DNA of 64,000 bases from Mobula hypostoma. Taxonomy: Eukaryota. A model generated the notes under the pieces. It saw only the letters and a program-made list of their open reading frames with translations. It had not been told where the DNA came from and did no database searches. The stretch's first letter is position 1; the number at the start of each line of letters is the position of its first letter. The position numbers were made by a program, and so were the translations under genes. The DNA lies in NCBI RefSeq assembly GCF_963921235.1, contig NC_086099.1:117180001-117244000 (forward strand), written 5' to 3'. Shown piece after piece: positions 12,301 through 24,300 of the stretch.

Positions 12301-15300
12301 GGTATAATCCATTCTTTTTGCACAGATCATACCTTCTCCAGAAGAGATCCCAATGATCCCAAAATCTGAACCCCACCCCCCACACCAATTCTTCAGCCAC
12401 ACATTCATCTGTTAAGTCATCCCAATCTTTCTCTCACTGGCACATGGCACAGGCAGCAATCCAGAGATTACTAGCCTGGATGTCCTGCTTTTCAGCTTTC
12501 AACGTAACGCCCTGAATGCTCTCTTCAGGACCTCCTCCCTTTTCCAACCTATGTTACTGGTGCCAGTACCTACTATGAATTTCAGCTGCTCTGTCTTGCT
12601 CTTTAGAATGCTATGGACTCAACTCTTGACCCTGGTACCCAGGAGGCAACATTTCATCTGGGAGTCTCTTTCACGTCTACAGAATCTTCTGACTACTCCT
12701 CTAACTATAGAACCCCTATCACTACTACACACGTCTTCTTCCCCCTCACGTTTTGAACCAGAGCCAGACTCAGTGCGAGAGACCTGACTGCTTTGGCTTT
12801 CTTCTGCTATGTCATCCCTCCCAAAAGTGTCCGAAGCAGTATACCCATTGTTGAGGGTAATGGCCACAGGGCTACTCTGCCTTGGCTGCCTATTCCATTT
12901 CCTCCTCTTGACAGTCACCCAGTTGCCTGTGTAATCTGTATGTAACTGTGTACCTTGGGTGTAACTACCTCTCTGTATGTCCCCTCTATTAACCCCTCAG
13001 CACCTTGAACAGTCTGGAGTTCATCCAGTTCCAATTCCTTGACATTGCCTGTTAGAAGCTGCAGCTGGATGGCTAGGATACTAGATGGCTAGAGCTAAAT
13101 GAGAAGGAAAGGGGAATACATGTTTAAAAATGGGGTGATAATGACAGCGAGTGCCTGTATGAGGCATAGAGAGAGAAAATACACCTCAAGGAGAACTGGG
13201 AATGAATGTAGTGTGTACTGCCAACAAAGAAGAGGTATAGATTCTCTGCAAGGGAAGTGTTGTAGGGCGAGTTTTGTTTAAGGAACATGGTCGAAAAAAT
13301 AGATATGACTGGAGGATTGGTGGGCTTTTCATTTACCTCAGAGATCTAGGCATCAAGAGACCACTATTAATTGCCCCATCTAATTCTCCTTGAGGAAGTG
13401 CAAGTGAGTTTTTTTCCTCAGTGCCACTGAACAGAGAGTTCAAGGATTAAGCCCCGGTAATGTAGAAGGACCAGGGATTCATTTCTAAATCAGGTTTGTG
13501 ACAAACTTAAGTGGAGCTGCAGATAATGTTCAAATGCAACTGCTTGACGATGTATCAACATCTCCATTCCTGACTCCGTGATGGAATAAAGGTAACTGAT
13601 GAAGCAGTTAAAGTTGCCTATGCCCAGGACACTGTCCTGCATCACACACAGCAGGGCAGGCAGCATCTATGGAAAAGAGCAAACAGATGACATTCTGGGC
13701 TGAGCCCCTATGAAGGGTCTAGGCTCAAAATGACGACTGTCACTCTTTTCCACAGATGCTCCGACCTGTTGAGTTCCTCCTGCACTTTGTGTGTATGTTG
13801 CTCTGGATTTCCAGCGTCTGCAGATTTTCTCGTATTTCTGTTCTTTGTTTGCATATAGGGTTTTCGATCTAAAACATCAAACACTACCTGAGTGCCTTCG
13901 ACAATTCTGTTTACTTCTGTAATCTCTGAAATTTGGAAGAACAAGGATATCTCATAGAAATTTGCTAATTTCTTAAGGTTCTACAGGCTACCTTTACGAA
14001 TGATGTCTTTCTGAAGATTCAAATTTCACTTATTAAATCTATTGATTACAGATCAGTAACATAGTTAAAGGAATGGTAAATTTGCTTTGTGTAGCACATT
14101 CTTGACTGTACCACCACTGGCTTCAACATCAAAACATTCCTTTTAGATCATCTCCCTCCAATGAGCTGTTAACTCATAAGTAGTGACAGCGATTGAGAAT
14201 TGACAAACTCTTGACCATTTTCCCCCCAGTTCACCTGTACTATAGAAAACAGGATAATTATCACATTGTTAATGCTGGTGAATGATTGCCACATAAACCT
14301 ATCAGCTGGCAAGTGATGTGTTGTCTAAACTAAGGTGTTGGCTGCTTAGTTTGAATTATGCAACACATTAAATTTTCTGCATATTCTAAGGTTCTGTATG
14401 CTACTTTAATATCTACATACCTGATCCTTTGCCAGCTCACGCAACTTGGGTTGAAGATTTTTCACATGTGGCTGAATTATTTGATTGTATTCATCTCCAA
14501 GCCTCCGCAGACACTGAGCTACCTTGAGAACCTCTTCATCCCCTGCAACACACAAAAAAAACAGAAATGAACAAGAGAAATGAATACATCCTCTCCTCAT
14601 CAAGAAGGGGATTGATTTCAATGTGTTGTGTCAGGAACCAACTTATCACGGCAGTCAATTACTCCAGAATAAGGTAGTATTGCGTATTAAACACAAGAGA
14701 TTCTGTAAATGCTGGAAATCCAAAGCAACAAAGAAAAACACTAGAGGAACTCATTAGGTCAGGCAGCATCTATGAAGGCGAATAAAAAGTCGACATTTCA
14801 AGCCAAGACCCTTCATCATGACTGGAAAAGAAGGGGGCTAGAATCCAAATTGGGGGGGGAGGGGGGAGAAGGGGAAGAAGTATGAGCTAGAAGGTGATAG
14901 GTGATGCCAGATGAGGGGCAAGGTAGCTGGGTGTGGTTGGGGTATGAAGTGAGAAGCTGGGAGGTGATAGGTGGAAAAGGTAAAGGCTGAAGAAGGAATC
15001 TGACAGGAGAGGTTAGTGGACCATAGGAGAAGGGGAAGTGGGGGGGGGGGGGCACCAGGAGGAGGTGATGGGCAGGTAAGAAGGGAAGAGATAAGACTGG
15101 TGCCGGAATGGGGAATGGAAAAGAGAGAAGGGGAGTGGGTGAGAAATTACTGGAAGTTAGAGAAATCAATGTTCATGCCATCACGTTGGAGGCTACCCAG
15201 ATGAAATGAGATGCTTCTGCTTCAGCTGAGTGTAGCCTCATCGTGACAACAGAGGTGGCCATGAACCGAACGGGAATGGAAAGCAGAATTAAAATGGGTG

Positions 15301-18300
15301 GTCAGACACATGGGAAATCCTTCCTGTTGTGGCAGATCTGGTCTTTATATGATTGCAGACCCATGAATACTTTAGCCTTGCCTTTATCAGTCTTTATAAA
15401 ATTGATAACAATACAGCAGTTTACTTGGACTTCCAGAAGGCTTTTGACAAGGTATCCCACAAGAGGTTAATAATCAAATTACAGGAGGTAGAGATTCAGG
15501 GTAAGGTGTGCAAATGGGTGCTGAATTGACTTAAAAACAAAAAAAACAAATTATGGTGAGAGCATCATTTTCACACCTGGATGATGTTAAAAGTGGGGTT
15601 CTGCAGGGATTAGTTTTGGGGCCGGTGCTTTTTTTTTAAATTTGGATAAGCACATAACAAATAAACAAATAAAGTTTGCAATGACACAAAATTAGAGGAA
15701 TGGGCGGACAACATTCAGGCAGCAGAATCAATACAGTTAGATCTAAACAAAATCAGGATGTGGGCAGATGAAATTTAATCTAAGTAAATGTAAAGTATTA
15801 CATATTGGAAGTAGAAACATTAAATATAAATATACAATGGGGGGGGGGCTTTGAGTTAGAAAGAAGGATTTGGAAGTCCTGATAGACTCATCACCATCAA
15901 CGTTTAGACAATGCACAGAAGCAATCAGGAAGGCTAACAGAATATTGGACTACATAATGCACTCAGTGGAGGTCAAGTCTAGAAACTATCTCCTTAAGCT
16001 GTATAATGTGTTTGTGAGGCCACACCTTGAGTAGTTTGTACAATTTTGGTCTCCGTATTGTGAGGGACGTGAAGGCACTGGAGAGTGTTCAGAGAAGGGC
16101 GACTGGACTCTTCCCAGGTCTGCAGGGTATGTGTTATAAAGAAAGAATGAAATCTTTTTAGCCCAAGTAGACATAGAATGAGAGGAGACAAGACAGAAGT
16201 GTTCAAAATCATTGAGGGTGAAAGTAAGGTGGATGCCAGCTGCTAGTTCAACATTAATCCATCATCAAGGACACAGGGCCATAGGTGGAGACTGGTTAAA
16301 CGGAGATTTCAGACTAACATCAGGAAGCATTCCACTACCGGGCGAGTTGTGGACACATGGTACAACTATCTAGTTGTGTAGTTGAGGGTAGTAACTTAGA
16401 GACTTTCAAATCTAAAGCAGAATGGGTGGGATCCTTCATGATGTTAATGGCCCTTTCTCGACACCTTTCAGTATAAACGTCCCTGATGACGGGTGGGCTG
16501 ATGTCAGTGATGCGTTAGCATAGAGCCTTCCTGTTTGCCGCAGTACAATTTCCATATCATGCAGTGATGCACGGTATGGAAACTACAACACTTCTGTAGA
16601 ATGACATGAGTAAAGATGTACATAGTCCAGCTCTTTTTAGCCTGCTGAGAAAGTAGAGGAGCTGGTGACCTTTCCTGACTGTGTAGGATGTGTTCTGGGA
16701 CCACGAGAGGTTGCACAAGATGTGCGCTCTTTGGAATCTGAAACTGCTCGCAGTTATCACTGTTGTAGAGAAGGATGTGAGTGGTGAGAGTTCTCCTGAA
16801 GTTGGTCATTAACTCCTTTGTCTTGTTGACATTGAGGAAGAGATTATTTGTCTGGTATCAGATCTCAAACTCTTCCACCTCATCTCTGTAGGCCATCTCA
16901 TCATTGTCAGTGATGAGCTGCATAGTCATGGCTGAGCAGAGTGTACACCAATGGGCTACACAACCGAATAAAAGATAACAAATATTTTGCCTTTAAGAAC
17001 CACAGCAAAGAAAAACCCTGGGAACTGTTGGCCAATAGTTAGGTAAGTTAGAATTTTGATGAATAAATTGCAACTGGGTAGTCAGCATGGATTTGTGCAT
17101 GATAGATCATGTCTTACAAACTTGATTCTGTTTGATGAAGTGAGCACAAAATTTAGGGCTGGCAGGACAATAGATTTGATTTATGAGATTTAACAAGGCC
17201 TTTGGTAAGGTTCCATATGTTAAGCTGCTGTTGGTTAGAAGATATAAAACTCAGGGAGAGTTGCTTAATGGATACACAATGGCTTGTCAGCAAAAAACAG
17301 AGGTGATAGTGTTTCTCAAACTGAAGGACCGTGATTAGCGCATATCTTGCATCAGTGTTGGACCCATTGTTACTTGTCATCTATATCAAAGATGTCGATG
17401 AGAATATACAAGTCACGAATAGAAAGTTTGCAGATGATGGAAGTATAGGTGGAATAATTAAGGCGGAGAGGTGGAGAAACATCTCTGCCAAAGGAGGTCA
17501 AGATGTTCCTCCCCTCCGCTAGCCTGCAGATCACCCTTGGGAAAGGTGTAGGCACTTGCTTAGCCCCCCGATCAGGTTCATATGAAGCAAGTGGTGGATA
17601 GTCATATGAGTAGCTGGTACATAACACAATTCCTGGTTATGTGACCACTGATACCAGGCAAACAATCTCTGAAGACTATGATTATGGCTGGTGGCCACCA
17701 TCTTGTAAAAACATTACCCAGAAGAAGGCAATGGCAAACCACTTCTGTAGAAATATTTACCAAGAACAGTCAAGGTTATCTACATCATACAACATGGGGC
17801 ATAATGATGATGATAACAGACAATGAAGATTATCAAACCTACAGGAGGATCTTGAGCAACACACACAGAAGTTCCTGGTGAACACAGCAGGCCAGGCAGC
17901 AGCTCTAGGAAGAGGTACAGTCGACATTTCGGGCCGAGACCCTTCATCAGGACTAACTGAAAGAAGAGCTAGTAAGAGATTTGAAAGTGGGAGGGGGAGG
18001 GGGAGATCCAAAATGATAAGAGAAGAAAGGAGGGGGAGGGATGGAGCCGAGAGCTGGACAGGTGATTGGCAAAAGGGATATGAGAGGATCACGGAACAGG
18101 AGGCCCAGGGAGAAAGACGGGGGGGGGGGACCCAGAGGATGGGGGCAAGGGGTATAGTCAGAGGGAGAAAAAGGAGACAGAGAAAAAAAGAATCTGTATA
18201 TAAATAAATAAATAATGGATGGGGGTACAAGGGGGCATCAGCGGAAGTTAGAGAAGTCAATGTTCATGCCATCAGGTTGGAGGCTACCCAGATGGAATAT

Positions 18301-21300
18301 AAGGTGTTGTTCCTCCAACCTGAGTGTGGCTTCATCTTTACAGTAGAGGAGGCCATGGATAGACATATCAGAATGGGAATGGGACGTGGAATTAAAATGT
18401 GTGGCCACTGGAAGATCCTGCTTTCTCTGGCGGACAGAGCGTAGGTGTTCAGCGAAACAATCACCCAGTCTGCATCGGGTCTTGCCAATATATAGAAAGC
18501 CACACCGGGAGCACCGGATGCAGTATATCACCCCAGCCGACTCACAAGTGAAGTGTCGCCTCACCTGGAAGGACTGTCTGGGGCCCTGAATGGTGGTAAG
18601 GGAGCAAGTGTAAGGGCATGTGTAGCACTTGTTCCGCTTACAAGGATAAGTGCCAGGAGGGAGATCAGTGGGGAGGGATGGGGGGTTGGGGACAAATGGA
18701 CAAGGGAGTCGCATAGGGAGCAATCCCTGCGGAAGGGGGGGGGGAGGGAAAGATGTGCTTAGTGCTGGAGGTGGCGGAAGTTACGGAGAATTATATGTTG
18801 GACCCGGAAGCTGGTGGGGTGGTTAGTGAGGACAAGTGAACCCTATTCCTATTCCTAGTGGGGTGGCGGGAGGATGGAGTGACAGCAGATGTACGTGAAA
18901 TGGGGGAGATGTGTTTGAGAGCAGAGTTGATGATGGAGGAAGGGAAGCCCCTTTCTTTAAAAAAGGACATCTCCTTCGTCCTGGAATGAAAAGCCTCATC
19001 CTGAGAGCAGATGCGGCGGAGATGGAGGAATTGTGAGAAGGGGATCGCATTTTTGCAAGAGATAGGGTGAGAAGAGGAATAGTCCAGATAGCTGTGAGAG
19101 TCAGTAGGCTTATTGTAGACATCAGTGGATAAGCTGTCTCCAGAGATAGAGACAGAAAGATCTAGAAAGGGGAGGGAGGTGTCGGAAATGGACCAGGTAA
19201 ACTTGAGGGCAGGGTGAAAGTTGGAGGCAAAGTTAATGAAGTCAACGAGCTCAGCATGCGTGCAGGAAGCAGCACAAATGCAGTTGTCCATGTAGCAAAG
19301 GAAAAGTGGGGGACAGATACCAGAATAGGATTGGAACATAGATTGTTCCACAAAGCCAACAAAAAGGCAGGCATAGGTAGGACCCATACGGGTGCCCATA
19401 GCTACACCTTTAGTTTGGAGGAAGTGGGAGGAGCCAAAGGAGAAATTATTAAGAGTAAGGACTAATTCCGCTAGATGGAGCAGAGTGGTGGTAGAGGGGA
19501 AATGATTAGGTCTGGAATCCAAAAAGCAGAGAGCTTTGAGACCTTCCTGATGGGGGATGGAAGTATATAGGGACTGGACATCCATGGTGAAAATAAAATC
19601 ATTGAAAAGTTTCAGAGCGTGAGAAATGTCACGAACATAGGTAGGAAGGGATTGAACAAGGGGGGATAAAACAGAGGTATGCAGAAATAAGTTCAGTGGG
19701 GCAGGAGCAAGCTGAGACAATGGGTCTACCTGGACAGGCAGGTTTGTGGATCTTGGGTAGGAGATAGAAATGGGAAGTGCAGGGTGTGGGATCTTGCTCT
19801 TGATCAGCTGAGTAAGTGGACCAAGGAATGGTAAATAGAGTCTTCTGGTAAGATGATGATATGCTCTGCCTCAGTGGCCTGTCCGGGTCCAACCAAAGGG
19901 GGATGCTTTGTCTTGCATGTCTTTCTTTTTTTTCCCCCACAATCACAAAAGACTCTGCTAGATACTAAGAACATCAAGTACTGCAGGACTTTCCCATCAC
20001 CGAGCTGCTTGATACAAGGATGGAGCTGGACTTGGGTATCATTGCTGTGTTGTCATCTGGACTTCTCGTGTACCTTTGGATGGTGCATGGTGCAAGTGAC
20101 TGTCTTGGACATTTTTATTGTGATCGCAAGACCCTGTTTTACATTAGTAATAGAATACAAGTCCAGTTCAGTGGTTCATTCATGAGACTGACGGCAGGGG
20201 GGAGCTGCATTCCCTTGTTTGTAGCAAAGACAAGGCCCACGCTGTCGAGTCACCTGTTGTAGCCAACCAGGAGAGGTGGCACAGAGGCAGTGTGGTAAAG
20301 CCTCGGTGGGCTACACTGGGTTGTGAGCTGGCCCCTCCCATCTCTGCTAAGCATCATCCCCCACCCACCGGTGTTCGCTCAGTGGACAGACAGGCTAATC
20401 CAGGCCAATTTAACATGAATTCTACAGTCGAACCATTCAGAGACTTAGACTATATATGTTTTCCTTGGTTCTGNNNNNNNNNNNNNNNNNNNNNNNNNNN
20501 NNNNNNNNNNNNNNNNNNNNNNNNNNNNNNNNNNNNNNNNNNNNNNNNNNNNNNNNNNNNNNNNNNNNNNNNNNNNNNNNNNNNNNNNNNNNNNNNNNNN
20601 NNNNNNNNNNNNNNNNNNNNNNNNNNNNNNNNNNNNNNNNNNNNNNNNNNNNNNNNNNNNNNNNNNNNNNNNNNNNNNNNNNNNNNNNNNNNNNNNNNNN
20701 NNNNNNNNNNNNNNNNNNNNNNNNNNNNNNNNNNNNNNNNNNNNNNNNNNNNNNNNNNNNNNNNNNNNNNNNNNNNNNNNNNNNNNNNNNNNNNNNNNNN
20801 NNNNNNNNNNNNNNNNNNNNNNNNNNNNNNNNNNNNNNNNNNNNNNNNNNNNNNNNNNNNNNNNNNNNNNNNNNNNNNNNNNNNNNNNNNNNNNNNNNNN
20901 NNNNNNNNNNNNNNNNNNNNNNNNNNNNNNNGGTTTCAGATGCCCAAGACACACCGTACGAATAGCACACCAAATGAGCTTGTCATGATGGCGTCCCAGC
21001 GACTCCACCAGGAGTTAAGGGCGCAGACGGACACACACACGGACACACACACACACCCCACCATATATACTCCGGGCAGTCTGCTACATGCTTTGCAGCT
21101 TGGCCCTGGAGGGCGCTGTTTCATGTGGCTGTATTCATGTTGAACTTGAACTTAATTCTGATAAGTACAAGATGCTGCATTTTGAAAGGTTAAACCTAGG
21201 CAAGATTTTCACAGTGAATGGCAAGGCCCTAGGAGTGCTGTACAACAGAATGAGTAAGAAGAATGTTTATAGTTCACTGAAAGTGGAGTCACAGATAGAG

Positions 21301-24300
21301 AAAAAACACAGATACTGCCCGACTTGCTGAGTTCCTAAAGTGTTTTGTGCGCGTTGTTACAGATTGCAGCTTTTGGGATGGTGGCCGTCAGAAGCTTGAG
21401 CATTAAGTATAAGATTTGGGAAGCCATGGTGCAGTGTACGAGATGCTGGCAAGACTGACTGGGAGTACCGTGTTCTGTCTTGGCTGCCTTGCTATAGAAA
21501 AGATGTTATTAAGCTGGAAAGAGTGCTGAAAAGGTTTACTCCAGCAGGACTTATGAACAGTCGACTTTATTCCTTGGAGTACAGGAGATCCTACAAAGTT
21601 GTACAAAATCATGAGGGGCATAGATAGAATGAAAGCACTCGCTCCTCCCTCCAAGGCTGGGGAATTAAGAACTAGAGGGCGTAGGGTTAAGGTGAGAGAG
21701 GAAAGATTTAAGAGAAATTTGTGGTGTACCTTTTTATTTACAAAAAGAGCGGCAGCTACGTGGTATCAGCTGCCAGAGGAAGTGGCTGAGGTAGCTACAA
21801 TGACTTGTGAAAGACACTTGCACAACTACATGGAATGGAAAAGGTTAGAAGCTTACGGGCCAAACCACTGGGGTTAGCATGGATGTGGCTGCTCGCTTCC
21901 ATGGGCCAGCTGGGCTGCAGGCGCAGATCTGTGTGTCTACTGTAAACATCCACATCACATCTATGCAAATAAAAACAGCACAGTCTCTCCCAGGTCCATT
22001 GTATAAAGGAAGGAAGGAGTTGCTTAGAAAAGTGCAACGTTCAGTAATTATATTTTCCATTTTGTAGACCAACTCAAACTTGAGGTAGCATTTGAAGATC
22101 TTTAAGATCTGAAGTGCATTGCTTCAACATAGAGTATAACAAACTTCTTCTTGAAAGCAGGAATGGCTGCACAAATCAAAACTTGCCTGTTCTCAAGAAA
22201 TAGTGACACCACAATCTACTGCATCCTAGTCAGGAACTTGCGCAGTTATTCCTAGCCACATATACAGGGTACAATAAGGACACAAGAAACGCAGCGGCCA
22301 TTTGGTCCCCTTGAGCCTGCTGCACTATTTGACACACTTTATCTCATTTTCACATACTTGCCTGGTTCCTATAATTCGCCAATTTCCCCAAAAACGAGAT
22401 GTCCATCAATCTTGGTCTTCAATGTTCTGGGTAGAAAATTGAGGATTCACAGCTTTTTAACAGAAGTGCTTCTTCATTTCAATTTTAAAGAGGGTGCACC
22501 TTATCCTGAGACCTCAATTCCAAATTCTCCAGGAAGCAAGTATCCTCTCAATATTAACCTTTCAAGATGGGCAGTATCTTAAAGAAAAGCTGGAAATTCT
22601 GGAAATACAATCGTCCCTCGGCATCCGCGGGGGATTGGTTCCAGGGCACCCGCGNNNNNNNNNNNNNNNNNNNNNNNNNNNNNNNNNNNNNNNNNNNNNN
22701 NNNNNNNNNNNNNNNNNNNNNNNNNNNNNNNNNNNNNNNNNNNNNNNNNNNNNNNNNNNNNNNNNNNNNNNNNNNNNNNNNNNNNNNNNNNNNNNNNNNN
22801 NNNNNNNNNNNNNNNNNNNNNNNNNNNNNNNNNNNNNNNNNNNNNNNNNNNNNNNNNNNNNNNNNTCTTCTGGGAACGCTGATGCTGCCTCGTCATCAGC
22901 CGATGCCAATTCTCCTGTGATCTTTAGGTTCTTGAGGCTGTAGCACTTTACATAGCTAGCCAGCCATCCCTTACTAGCCTTAAACTCCTTCCTCTCGCTC
23001 ACAAGTAGCGAGGCGAACAACACTCAAACAATGAGTGCTGGAGAGAGACTGAGGATCTGTGAAATGGTGGGAGGCTACAGCAAGGTATGCCTACACATCA
23101 CTTCATTCGCGTGGATTCAGCGTAGTGCTCAGCGCGCGGCAAATTCAAGTTTTGCTTTTTGGAACTTCCTGGAATTTTTTGTCGATATTTTCGATCCGCA
23201 GTTGGTTGAATCCGTGGATGCGGAGGACCATCTGTAGTTAGATCATGAAGCAATTGTAAACAGAGAGAAGCAGTTCCAGCATTTTCTGTTTTATTTCAGA
23301 TCTGCATCATCTGCTATTCGTTTCGCTTTATCTTCAGGATCTTACATGTTCAGCAATATCATTTATTATTTTTCTGAACTCCTGCAGAGTGCAAGCTCAA
23401 GGTAACCTTGATCTCATGAAAAATCTCGAAGACCATCATATTCTTCCTTAAATACAGAGGCCAACAATATCACCAAATTCTTGTGGAGCTGTGCCAAAAG
23501 GTACCTATTGATAAGCATTCCATTCCTCTTGCAAAAAAGGCCAATATGCCAGTCTTTTAATAAATACCTGAATTTTAATTTTAATGCTTGTGCGACCAAG
23601 ATCTCCGCTAACATCAGCTGTTAATAGGCTTACAATGTGCGCCCTCGATTTCCTATTTTTTGATTTGTATTCATTGTGTATAAACAACATTTCGCACCCC
23701 TGTAAATTCCTCACTTTTAGTTCGGATTCAGCTTCAGCTATTTTTTTGTGCATACTTATGGGAATTCCTTCAACTGTCTTTTATTTCTTCCTCAGCTATC
23801 ACATTTTTAGCCTAGTTTCTCATTACATCTGCTCCTTTTAAGTTTTTTCCCCCAATACTTTGCTGGTTTCTAAAGTTTTTCTAATCTTTAAGCATGCCAT
23901 TGTTATTCACAAAATAATTCAGCCTTTTCTTTCTTTCTAACACTACTCTTAACGCCTTTAGTTAGGCACTTCTTTCTTGTTAATATTTATGAAATATTAA
24001 ACATTGCTGTTGGTCATCTACTGTCACACACTTTAATTTAAAGTCCCTGCCCACCTTAGTCAACACTCAATATGACAAAACTTTTATCGTCAACTCTCTG
24101 TAGTCTAAAAGTGGTTCATCTTATTTCTGGCCCACTCATATCGCATGAAAGTTAATCCTGTCCTCAGTACAGATTAGTTAAGTGCCATCAAGTCGTTGAC
24201 TCATGGCGACCCTATGGATAGTTGCCCTAAATGGGTTTCGATACACGCAAAGGCAGCTCATCGGAGATCACGTTGCAATAAAGCTGTCCTTATTGTGTCC

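Larger units (their letters stand above)
6445..13080 (-). mobile_element. Older degenerate CR1 LINE (ORF1 esterase remnant ~12620-12920 plus ORF2), interrupted by the young CR1
   Basis: RT/APE fragments on the minus strand on both sides of 7040-9898; flanks rejoin as ...aagttaacctttaggg|aatcttg... Confidence 0.85.

Noticed and set aside
14421-14542. Calling gene B BAX, BAK or BID
   Set aside because: No BH1 NWGR or TM tail (against BAX/BAK). It has a BH2 GGW and the same exon layout as BFK-like gene A (against BID).
20292-23023. ORFs containing X runs
   Set aside because: They read through N gaps. Gene B exons 1 and 2 are phase-compatible without a hidden exon, although one cannot be strictly excluded.
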